A stretch of 64,000 nt of DNA from Cycas panzhihuaensis (lineage: Eukaryota > Plantae > Cycadophyta): NCBI GenBank assembly GCA_023213395.1, contig CM041465.1, positions 127,045,741 to 127,109,740 of the forward strand, written 5' to 3'. This document shows, piece by piece, positions 14,095 through 25,955 of this stretch. Every line of letters begins with the position of its first letter. The stretch's first letter is position 1. The notes under the pieces are model-generated. The model saw only the letters and a program-made list of their open reading frames with translations. It was not told the DNA's origin and did no database searches. A program made the translations under genes and the position numbers.

Positions 14095-15508
14095 GGCATA
14101 ACTACAAACAAATAATCCATACCATTTTTTGTCTGTGGTAGTCCTCTAAGGAAATTTAGGGAGATGCTCTCCCATGGTTACGATAGAACAGAAAGTGAAG
14201 TGTATAATATAAACTTCCTATTGGATGGCTTTGATATGCTATATAATGTACATCCTCATACTACTACAGTCATTTCATACTGCATATTGGGCTAATACAT
14301 ATATCATTGTAAATCTAGCAATGTTTTTACTACTTTAAAGTGTCATGTAACTTGAAAGATGTGAACTTCTCTTACCTACTTTATTTAGTCTACATACCTT
14401 GGAATGTAAAGCTTGTCATACTTGAAGAGTAGGAAATTTTTCAACTAAAAATTAGCAACTACTTTTCCCTGCTATAGTTGCACTAAGATAGGCTTGAATG
14501 CCTCATCTTCCAAGTATAAATTAGTATATTCATCATGGTAAAAGGGCTAAAATTGCATAGCTACTAATAAACTAGAAATACCTTATTGTTGAGGAGGTCT
14601 AGATAGCAAGTCTATAATTTTATTTATTGTGCATTTCTTGTACTTAACCACAATGTGAAACTACTACAAATAGGCAATCCACATTATGTGCTTGGCCTAT
14701 TACAATTTGGACTACATCTGTAAGAATTATAAAGACTTATGATCAGTGTGGATGACCACCTTTTTTCCAACAAGTAAGGTCTCTAATGCTTGATTACTTG
14801 GTGCAATATATAGAGCTACTTATCGTAAGTTGGGTAGTTAATAACAACTCCATTAAAAGTTTCTAAATGGTATGTTATCAATCTTCCTTCTTACTTCAAC
14901 ATTGCACCCATGGCATAGCCTAAAGCATCTGTCTGTAACTCAATAGCTTTTACAATGAGGGTAAGGCTAACATTGGTGCCTCACAAATTTTCTTCCTCAA
15001 AAGCCTAAAAGCTTTCTCTTATTCATTCTCCCAATGAAATTTTGTATGTCCTCCCATCAATGCATGAAGAGGTGTTGTAATTGCTATAATTTAAGAGAAT
15101 CTAAAAATAAATTTTCTTAATGTACTAATAAAACTTCTTACCTTTATGGTTGTCTTCAGTGTGAGCCAATTGAGAATGACTCTAATCTTTACTGGGTCAA
15201 TCTTCAATTCTCCTCCTCTAACTATAAAACCCAAAAAGAGAGATTGCTTTCCAAACTCGCACTTCTTTAGATTAAGTTTTAGATATTGCTGTTGAAGGAC
15301 TTTGAGCACTTGATCAACATGTTGGAGGTGCTCGTCCTAAGTCTGACTAAAAAGTAGAATATTATCCAAATAAACAATTATAAAGTCATCAATGAAAGGT
15401 CTTAATACCTCATTCATCAACCTCATGAAGGTGGCAAGTACATTGCATAACCAACAAGGCATCGCCAACCATTCAAATAACTATTGCTTTGATTTGAAGG
15501 CTATCTTC
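14095..15508 (-). pseudogene. pol: Old CRM-like Gypsy pol, 3' part (RT C-half, RNase H, integrase N-term; truncated)
   Basis: IAFKSKQ*LFEWLAMP, LNLKKCEFGKQ (ORF 15091-15309), integrase Zn region, PWESISLNFLRGLP..DYLFVV ending ~14095. Confidence 0.88.
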
Positions 15509-18039
15509 TGGACGCGCTGCTACAGGATAACTACCTAACTGATAGGTGTAAGAGAGGGTGAGTGGTGGAATGACAGAAGGTGGGACCTAAAAGGTGGGTA
15601 ACTACCACGCAGAGCGCCCCGTGCACCGGAGCGCGAGTTTAGGATCTGCAATGGAGTATGGCTACTATCGGGTGACCCTTCACCGCTTCAAGTAAGGGGT
15701 GAAGGTGCGTAGGGCAAACCTGAGTTGGCCTGGGAATAGGACCCTCCCACCCTTGGGTGGCCAGAAGGGGGGGAGAGAAGGCCTAATGGAGACAGGCCAA
15801 GGGCAATCCTACACAACCTAATTGGGTACACAAGTGATGCTAGAAGCAAGACACTCGTGTGGTCAAAGGGCGAAGACGAGAGGTAGGGGAGAGAAGGACT
15901 CCTACAATCTTCCCTACGAATGATAAAGATGCATGAAACAAGACAAAAGAATCGCAAACAAGTACCAAACCAATTTTTCCCTTTAATCCTTCAATGTACT
16001 AATTACTACGAAAGAAATAAAAGGAAAGAAAGGGGAGGCGGAGGAAGCAGCGTGCACACAGAGCGAAGGCGTGCAGGACGAAGCAACCTTCTCGAGGAGC
16101 GCCCAACCACTCTGCGCGACGTACTGGATGTGAGATATTACGGCGGACGAAGAGGGGCCTTCCTTACCTTCCCCAGAAAATCAAATGCGATACCAAGAAA
16201 GAAAGGAAGCACCAACTAAGAAATGAAATAGCATGAAAACACAACGCACATGAAGGTGCTTACCGGTAGCCAGGCTCACGGGCGATGCACTCCACGCTTC
16301 CCAAGTACCTGCAAGCAATAGCGGTCTCTTTCTCTTCCCGAAGGAAGAGCACTAACATGCAACACCAAAACTCTAGCAATATATGCCTAAATAACATAAA
16401 CGAGAATCTGAGTATACATGCGTTAGTGCTAACCCAACAATGAAAGTATCAAAAGAAAGTGACCAAAGTGAAAGCAAATGGTTGGGTAAGCCTCGGAGTG
16501 GCCTACCTCCCGCAAATGATGCCCAAACCTCCCCCCAAGAGCCACGAGGCGTGAGGAAAGTCAAGAATAAGAGCCGGAAAATGGCGCAAAAGGGACAAAG
16601 AAAGGCCCAAGGGTACCCACATGAACCGGGATGCTATGAGGAGAAAACCGGGTGACCCGGGGAAGAAAGGTGAAGCGAGAAACCAGCGGTTGGGACTTAT
16701 GTGTGATGCCCAAACCCAAGCAAAGGCCCCAAATCGGTTGCAACTTGTGTGATCTTTGGTTTGGGCAACTAAAGGGAACCTTCAAACCCTTGTTTGCAAG
16801 CCAAGGCAAGACAGGCGAGAGGGAGGTTTTGGGGCTTAGAGCCGCTGGGAGGCGTGGAAGGTGGTACGGAATCCACCCGGCTCCTCTCCAAAACCTATGC
16901 AACCCCTCAACGCCACGCCTTGGACAAAGAACGTGGGTAAGAAGCACGGGAGAGTGGTATATGACCCCAAAGGGAGGACAACCAACTCTCAAGCAACAAG
17001 TAAGAGCAAACGAAATAAGCATGAAAATCACAAGAAAAACAAGCATAAACAAGGAATACACGGAGAGAAGAGGCAAGGGATTTACCTCGCCTAAAGGGCG
17101 TGAGAGGGACTGATAAATCAGCACATATCTGAAGTAGAGCGGGTTTGAGGCCCCTGCTACGGAGGTGTGACGGAAACACACGCACTTGGGGCGCTTATGG
17201 ACCGCCTGGTGAAGGCTCGGGTGGACACCACTTCAAAGAGCCTCTCCAAGGCGTTTGAGGAGTGGGAGAATGTCTCGTACGCCAAAGGAGAGGCTGGCAG
17301 ATGAAAGGTGCAGTCCAGTTGATGCGATGAATGGCAGAGAGAAATAGAGCAAGAGAGTGTTTCCTTGAGAGCAATTCCAAAAGTGAGCCAAAAGATCCTT
17401 GAAAATGAGCCAAAAAGGGCTTAAGTACTCAAGCAAAACCCTAAAGCATGCGATTAGGGCGCAGCTAGAAGATAAATAAAGCGCGAGCCACGTGGCGCTT
17501 CATGATAAATGTGAAATTGCCACCATGATTTTAAAACAACTCGAGACATCGTCTGCCGGAAGATTCATGATCATGAATATTCCGTGATGCCTTTGAGGTT
17601 GAAAAGGGCCCACCAACCCGGTCAAGTTGAGGCGGGGCGGCGAAAAAGGCTAACATAACGCTAAAACACCTACCCGGGAGCAAACAAGCCAACAAAACGA
17701 GTCCAAAAAAGCAAAATAGGGCTCGAGTGGGGTGGCAAGTTGACCAAACGATGATGAGTCATCACACAAGTGAGGTGGCGTAAACCTAGTGGATCCTGGA
17801 GCGAGGAGGGCAGATGCGGGAAGTAATACGATCACCAAGGTGCCACACTCGCTGGGAGTGTGCCCCTGCTATAGTTGTCATAGGCTAAAATAAGTGTGGA
17901 CGACTACAAGGTCACCCACAAAGCCACACACATGCAGATACGCAAGCCAACATCCAGTAAAAGAAAGTGATGATAATGCGAGACACATACCTGCACTTAC
18001 CTGAGTCGGTGATTCCGTATCCATTCCCGGCCGGAAACA
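15509..18039 (-). repeat. 3' LTR (~2.53 kb) of Tat-like element
   Basis: tggacgcgctg...ccggaaaca; co-linear with 25956-28489. Confidence 0.95.
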
Positions 18040-19045
18040 CTACCCCTGGCGCAGAGCCTCGCCGCTCGAAGCTTGGTGCGATGGCGACGCCGGCAACACA
18101 ACTGCCAAGAGTACATGTGTATATAGATATATCAATCAAGATCATAACAAAGAGGCAAGGGTGCCATGAGTGTCGTATGACGCGTGGATACGAAAGCTAT
18201 GGAGACAACATAGGCCGCCTATGGGCCACCTAGAAATCGATCGAAGAATGAGATGTGAGGGGCCGCCCACCACAAAGGATGCAAAGGAACATGCATAACT
18301 AAATAAAGAACAAATAGTGGATACCATAGTTTTACCTCATTAGTAACTGGTTTTGAGGTGCGAGCGGATCGCAGCAAAGTGACAGATGACACGGGGCTTG
18401 GGCGACGGGAAGGCTGTGCAAACCTCGTGGACGATCAAGAAGAAGGAGAGGCGACTCAAGGATGAGGCGAACGAGGCTATCTACCTCGGCTGAGGGCCCG
18501 AGGGATATGCTGGATGTCAATGGAAGAAAAGCGGGCCAGGAGGGATCTGGTGGCAGAAGCAAGAGTCCTCAAGTGAGGGCATCGCACCTGGTAAACCTGG
18601 GTGAGATGGGACACCACAACTTGAGAGTCGCAAAACAACACGAAAGTAAATTAATATGTTTTGTAAATATATTTTGTTGTAAATATTTGGTTGTAAATGC
18701 AAATATGTAAATATGTAAGTATGTAAGTATATAAATATGTGAATATGTGGATTTTGTAAATATACACATGCACGTGTTTCCTTCCATGTATGGCCATATG
18801 TCTAACAGGAGCACATACATCCACCGTAAGCAGAGGTGATCGAGAGGTGTGAGGTTAGAAAATAGGGCGACATGCATGTCCACAGGGGAACATAGAGGAA
18901 TATGCGAAGGAAACAGCAAGCACGAGAGGGGAGTGACGATACTCCACAGTGTCGTCCTAGTTTGGGGGATGCCCAAAATAGGACGACAAAGGTTCCCGAG
19001 AGCATACGGGAACGCGGGTTCATGAGGAACCTAAGAAAACCAAAA

Positions 19046-19214
19046 ATCCATCTTAAATTACCATTCTACCTGTGGTTGGGAGGAATGGAAACAACTTAAA
19101 ATGGTAGTTTAGGCTCGTTTCAGAGCAAGCATCCATCTTGAATTGCCATTCAACCCATGGTTGGGAGGAATGGAAACAATTTAAAATGGTAGTTTAGGCT
19201 CGTTTCGAAGCAAG
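19046..19214 (-). repeat. Two-copy ~85-bp tandem repeat just 3' of the pol stop
   Basis: atccatctt(a/g)aatt...aggctcgtttc at 19046-19130 and 19131-19214. Confidence 0.92.
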
Positions 19215-19223
19215 GCGAAGAGA

Positions 19224-22200
19224 TCACGCGTAGAACTTCTTGAGGAATTTCACATTGACCGCTTTCTCAAACTCCAAGCCATCTAAGGTGGCTATCCTGT
19301 AAGCGCCATTATCGAGGGATTCGATAATGACAAAAGGACCAACCCATCGGGGTTTGAATTTGGTCAAACGGTCATGGAGATATTCGAGCTTGAGGACGTA
19401 GTCCCCAGGAAACAAAGGGCAGGAAGGAAGGCGTTTATCATGAGCCCTTTGTGAGCGGGCTTTGGATGCTAGGTTAGCCTGATAAACGGCTTAGCGTCTC
19501 TCATCCAAAGCTTTGAGGTCGAGCAGGCAGGCCTGCCGGATCGACTCCTCATCGATGAAACCTCGAAGGGAAACTCGCAACGAAGGGATCTCCACCTCCA
19601 ATGGGAGCACCGCCTCGATCACAGTAAACCGTGGAGAACGGGGTCATTCCGTAGCGAACGGATAGAGGTACGATAAGCCCACAAGGCAGAGGGCAGCGGA
19701 AGGTGCCAATCCCTCCGGGATTGCGCCACCGCTTTCTTCAGATCCGACAAGAGTCTTATTAAAAGACTCCACCTGGCCATTTGCCTGAGGGTAATAAGGG
19801 GAAGAAGTCTTATGAGAGATTTTGAACTTCTCACAAAGCTCATCCACCTCCTTATTACAAAAAGGAGTTCCATTGTCGGTGATTAGGACATCCGAAATTC
19901 CGAAACGGCAAATGATGTGCTGGTAAATGAACGTAGCAATTGTTTTGCCGGGGGTAGTGATCAAGGGGATGGCCTCTGCCCATTTGGTGAAATACTCTGT
20001 GGCAGTCAAGATGAACTTGTGCTGCGATGACGAAGGTGGGGAGATAGCTCTAATGAGGTCTAGTCCCCACTGAGCGAAAGGCCACTTGAAACAATAGGAT
20101 GCAAGGCCTCGGAAGGCACATGGGAAATGTTGGCGTGCTCTTGACATCGCTAACATTTCCGAGCAAAAGCATGAGCGTCTCTAAAAAGAGACGGCCAAAA
20201 ATAGCCCATGCAAAGGATCCTCTGAGCCATAGACTGGCCCCCAAAGTGACCTCCACAAATGCCGTGATGGCATTCGCGAAAGCCAGTCGGCCGCTGCCAG
20301 TGACGTGGAGGAGGACCCCGTCGAAGGACCTCTTATACAATACCTCGTCCACGAGGAGGTACTGCCTGGCAGAAGTCCGGATACGAGATTTGACTTTGTT
20401 ACTAGTGTCGGGGCGGTATTGCATGTGAGATACCGCACTATGTCACCGTACCACTCATTGTCGATGAGTGGATGGGGAGGAGCTCCCTGAATCGTCAAGA
20501 TGGACTCATCGGGGAGAGAGTCGTCAACAACAGTATCAAAGGAGTTAAGGATAGGGGCATCCGCAAGTTGCTCGGCCACTATCATGCCCTTCTTTGATTT
20601 CCGGTTAACGATAAGGAGATCAAATTCCTGGAGTAGGACGGCCCAGGCCCTACATCAAATCCGAACGAGTAAGTAAGTATCTCAAGGGATCGGATTGAAC
20701 GATCACCTTGGTAGTGTTACCGAGTAAGTAGTGCCTAAACTTCTTGGTGGCATGGACCAAGGAGAGGCATTCCTTCTCGGCAGGGGAATAGTTAAGCTCG
20801 TGACCCACGAGAGTGCGACTGATGAAATATATAGCTCTCTCAGTTCCTGAGTCGTCCTCCTGAGCGAGCATAGCGCCCAAGGACTCGTCAGTCGCTGAGG
20901 TATACAGGATGAAGGGCCTATCGAACCGGGGAGGCGCCAACGTAGGAGCGGAAGCCAAGGCTTCCTTAAGTCCTTCGAAGGCCTTTTGGGTCTTATCGGA
21001 CCAGGCAAAAGGAGCTCCCTTCTTCAACAGGTTCGTGAGGGGTTTAGCGCTCACAGTGAAGTCGGCTAAGAAGCGCCTGAGGAAACCGAGCCTGCCTAGA
21101 AACGACTTAATCTGCCGTTGAGTTCTAGGTGGTGGCATGTCGAGGATCACCTTGACTTTGTCAGGGTCGATTTGAATTCCCCGCTTGGATACGAGGAATC
21201 CAAGGAGTTTGCCCGAGGTAACGGCAAACACACACTTAAGCGGATTAAGGCTGATGCGATACTCGCGGCATCGTGAGAAGATGGCATGCAAGTCGGAAGG
21301 ATGATGGGCTCTCACGCGGGAAAGACCCATCATATCATCCATAAAGACCTCCAACGTGTCGTTGATGAGGTCGTGGAAGATGAAGTGCATGGCCCTTTGG
21401 TAAGTGGCGCCTGCATTTTTAAGGCCAAAGGGCATCGCCTTGTAGGCGAAGGTACCCCAAGGAGTAGTGAAGGCCGTCTTATGGCGGTCTTCGGAAGAAA
21501 TCTGAATTTGGTTGTAACCGGAGAAGCCGTCCATTAGGGGCATCACTTCGAATCCGGTGGTGCGATCAATGATCTGATCTAGGAAGTGTAACGAAAAATT
21601 GTCCTTAGGACAAGCGTTGTTGATGTCGTGAAAGTCGACACATATACGGATTGCCCCATTCTTTTTAGCAACGGGAACAATATTGGAGACCCACTTGGGG
21701 TAGTCAATAGAGGTAATGAGCCCAGTCTGGAAGCTTTTCTACCTCCATCTTGGCCAGTAAAGCTTGGGTGAAGGGGACGATGCTTACGGCGCCAGGCGGG
21801 CACCAGGAAGGGTGGCGAGGTTATGAGTGACAATCGAGGGGTCGATTCCCTTTATGTCAGCATAATCCCACGCGAAAATGTCTCGAAACTCACGGAACAG
21901 AAGGGAGTATTCCCTTACCTCATCAGGAGAACATTCCAACCCAACCTTAATGACCTTGCCCAGGGCCAAGACTACGTCCTGAGTTGCCCCCATGCACATG
22001 GCGTTGCCCTCCTCGAAGTGGAGAGGGGCAAGATCAATAGGAGGCGGAGGAATGAGAGACAGGATCGGATCGGCAAGCGTGGATCCGATCACGAGGATCT
22101 TCCGGTGACCAAGCCGGTGGTGACTAGAAGGCAGGTTAGGCGCAAGCTGCTAGATGCTCGGCGAGGCTTCATCGTCCTCGAAATAATCCACCCATGGATG

Positions 22201-25200
22201 ACCTCACTTGAGTAGGAGGCGGGAGGAGTGAGAGTAACGGGACCGCGATGACCATCGGGTCGCTCAGCTTCCTCATGGAAATCTGAAGGAAAAAATGAAA
22301 GGTGACCCTCAGAAGGAGCAACAGGCAATTCCTTAAAACCATTACCTACGGGGGGTAATGAAAAAGGAGAAATGTCAACAGGCAGGTCAACACGAGCGAT
22401 GACATGTGACACGCACGAGGGGCTAGCCTCACCAACGAGGGAGGTTCTAGACGGGGATCTAGAACAGGGCAGGTGCAACCTATTGGCGCAGAGGAAAGAG
22501 ACGGGGTGAGGACAATCCTCGTCTTCGTCGAGCGACTCATCATCGCTGAACGAAGCGAGGTACCCGTAGCTCTCAACGCCAATAGGGGCGAACCGCGTGA
22601 GACTAGGAGGAGAAGACGCGGGGTCTTCTTTGGATGGGTTAGGTATCCCAATAGAGCAAGCCGAGGCATGAGTGGATGAGCCTAGGTTTCTTTGAGCCCG
22701 GTAGAGCGAGTTTGTTTAGTAAAAGGGCGTTCGCGGGGGATCACTCTCATTCATCCGTCATGGACGAATTTAAGTTGTCCCCAAAGGGTTGAGCACACAG
22801 CTCCCATTTGATCGAGCCATGGACGACCTAGAAGGAGGTTGTAACCCACATCAATGTCAAGGACTACAACGTCGGCAAGAACGGTCTTACCCTCAAGGGT
22901 AAGCGGAATCGCGACAGATCCCAAAGGGGTCTTCTCGCTACCGTCATACCCTTGGCATCGCTAGGGAATGGGTTCTAAGGCAGAAATACCAAGCTCTTGC
23001 ATGACACGGAAGGGCATGGCATTGACGGAAGAACCGTTGTCAACGATAGTTCTTCGAAGAGTACAATCAGGCGTATCGATGGTGATGGTGAATGGGAAGT
23101 TCCACCGCGTTCCCTTTCACCGTGAGGAAGATCCTTAGGATCAAAGGAAATAGCAGGTCCACAACCTTGGGCGACACCCAAAGCGTGGACAGGTACATCA
23201 CTCGATCCTAAAGCTTCCAGGAGGGCCGCTACTGGGACAACTCCTCAGAACGTCCATCAAGGACATTCCTGCGGCGACCGTATGGAGCTCGTCCACGACA
23301 GAGAAAGGCTTACCCTTCCCAGTAGGTTGGGTAAGTGCCCTTCAGAAATCGTAACGACCCAGGCGTACAGGAATAGCCTTGGGAAGAGGACTTAGGAGGA
23401 AGGGTCTCCGGAAGAGGGTCGGAAGGAGCGGGAGGACAAAAAGCTCCCGCTGCTTCCTTAGCGGCTTGAGATCGCGTAAGGGCAAAAGTGGGAGTTGCTT
23501 GAGCTGGATCACCTTCTTCCCCCTGTTCCGGGGTCGTGAAGGCGACGGGGTGCGGCTAGGAGAACGAGAAGAGGAAGAAGAATTCCTAGCGCCCTTCCCT
23601 TTGTCGCGGGAAGGACGGGGATCAGGCGATCTTCCTCGGTTACGATTGTTCTTGGTTTGGGTATTGCGATCACGTTCCCCGTGCTTAGGGAACGGATCCT
23701 TATATACTGGTTGATCCAAATTAGGCCTTGAAGCCCATTTGGGAGAAGAATCACGTCGAGGGGCATCCTTTGGATGCTGGGCCCTACAACGCGAATCATC
23801 GTGGAAGCAATCCCCATGAATGGAGCACCACTTCTTCTCAAGTGGGGGGTCAGTCCTCCTCGCTTGAGGAGGGAGCGTTCCATTCACGGAAGAGGAGCTT
23901 GGGTAGTTTGTTGGACTTGCTTGTTTGACGTAGGAGATGAAGGATCTTGAAGCTTGAGCTCCTTCATCGTATGCTCGAATGAGCGTATAGCTGATATGAG
24001 AGGGTCTAAAGTCCTCTCGGTAGGATGAGAGGAAGACCGCGTCGGCTGGGAAGGTTTGGTATCTTTGGTAGGGGGTGGTGCCTCACGGCGTTGTGAGGGC
24101 TTAAGAGGTCTCTTGAGACCAAGCACTTGGCGATCGCGGAATCGCATGTGGTCGCCCCCATCTTGAGGACTTCCACGTGGACTTCGGGATGAAGCACATT
24201 GTGAGCATGTGTCTCGCTTTAGCTCCTCGGGCAATGTTGCCTTAGTGGAGTGTAGCAAGTCGTGGAATCACCGTACAAAGTCACGATTCATCTCATCGTG
24301 ACCTTGTTTGAGCGAAAGAAGGGACTTCATTCCGCTCTCGAGCAGACGAGCTACATCAAAATAGTTAACGAACTCATCCACCAATTCTTTGGAATGAATG
24401 GATTGAATGGGCGAGGCGGTAGAACCATTTGAGGCGCCACCGCAAGGATCTAGGAATAGTTTCATCAAAATATGGTCGTAAGCCCGATGAATCGATGCAT
24501 GCCATAGAAAACTACGGACATGCTCATGGGTCTTCTGACGAAGTTCCATCGAATCTAGGAACTTCAGGGGGATGAGGCGGCAAGTTGGTTCGCAACCCCT
24601 CAACTGAAAGAGGAGTTGACCTAAAGTCCATAAAGGGGCGCGCCTTGCACGGCAAGTAGGATCAACGAATGTCGAGTAGGTAGCACAAGGAGCGGGTGGG
24701 GGTGGAACACCCATCCCTCCTTGAGGAAGCACCCCTTGTTGAAAAGAGGCGTGGGGGTAGGTGCCTTGGAAGGGAGTCGGGTTCCCTTGCGAAGGCACAA
24801 CGGATGGGATCGCGTTGGAAGAAGAGCAAGGCAGATGTGGGCAGGGTTTTGCCCATATGGGCCACCTGTAGGTGGAGCAACCCCATATGGGTGTAGCGGA
24901 TCCACCCCATAAACGGGAAGACGGCTTCCTCTACCCTGCCCCCAAGGTTGAGAGGTATATCATGGGGGAACGTAGAAGGAAGCACCAACGTGCTGGGCTG
25001 GAGGATGCGTGGGAGCAGATCCCACATGACTAATGGTCGGAAAGCTAGTAGGGCCAATAGGCCTACTAGGGATGGTATGCGCCACATTAGGGGATGGCAC
25101 ATTGGTTTGATTAGGAGTGGGTATGCTAACTCTCAATTAAGGGAAAGACACACCACGAGAAGATCCTAAGGCATTAGGACCTTGATGAGGGACGGAAGGT

Positions 25201-25800
25201 GTCACGCACGCCCCCACTGCAGGGAACGAGTGGGACGTACGTGTAGGCACGAAGGGATTTGTGGTCATAGGAAGGGCGGATGAGGATGAGGCATGAGGTG
25301 GGGGAGCGGAAGAGGAAGAGGCCCCTCCACGAAGAACATCCTCAAACCACCTAGGACGCGGTTGCAAGCATGTTACGCGGTAACACTCATTGAAAGCTTC
25401 AACCACATCAACAGGAGGAGTCCCAACACACTCGTAAGAGGTGATCGGAACCTGAAACAAGGTAGGATCCTCGGAACGTTCCTCGTAAGAATTGCCAACT
25501 ACGTGGCAACCCTCAAGAGGAACTGGTCCTTCTATGGTGTGGGTAGAAGGATGAGCATCGAAAGAAAGGTGTTGGTCGTTTGGATAATAAAGGGGGTCGT
25601 CACCCTCTTGGGTGGACCCGGGAATAACAGGAGGAAAGGCATGGGTTTCCATGGCTGAAGTATGGTAGGTCGATCGGAAGAGTATCCTCCATAGTCGGAT
25701 CGTAATCCGACAAGGCAAGAAGGCGATACTCGGGGTCCTCTAACAAAGGAGGTAGGCCAGCGTGGCAGCAGAGAAAGCGCACGCAAGGTCAACCGACAAT
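19224..25800 (-). pseudogene. gag-pol: Tat-like gag-pol, frameshifted (gag, Zn finger, PR, RT, degenerate RH, INT with GPF)
   Basis: Gag HVRSFLWHAS..ILMKLF (~24500); KKWCSIHGDCFHDDSRC; protease IVDNGSS (~23040); RT/RH ORF 20650-21546; integrase WPFAQWGLDL..LITDNG (19644-20156); KFKPRWVGPF..FLKKFYA* (19224-19415). 5' start approximate. Confidence 0.93.
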
Positions 25801-25934
25801 GTTAGGAAAGGAGAAAAAGCGGTAAAACACACGCGTTGGGGGGTGCCCAACGTGGAAATCGAGATAAGTATGAAAAGGATCACACAAGAGTAGCAAAACC
25901 AACCGAACAGAGTCAAACTAGCTCCCTTACTGGC

Positions 25935-25954
25935 AGTCCCCAGTATGGTCGCCA
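25935..25954 (-). promoter_or_regulatory. Primer binding site (tRNA-Arg-like, Ogre/Tat type)
   Basis: Minus strand TGGCGACCATACTGGGGACT, 1 nt from the 5' LTR. Confidence 0.8.
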
Positions 25955-25955
25955 G

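Noticed and set aside
18462-18710. MLDVNGRKAGQEGSGG as a possible antisense aRH start
   Set aside because: Only superficial resemblance. The catalytic Asp and downstream AE and DS motifs are absent, and the ORF runs into an AT-rich 8-mer repeat.
18930-19214. Hammerhead ribozyme / retrozyme
   Set aside because: No CUGANGA core found with correctly placed GAAA and stems on either strand.
20099-25658. Many plus-strand ORFs in the GC-rich element
   Set aside because: Antisense shadows of gag-pol, expected at high GC; no recognisable motifs.
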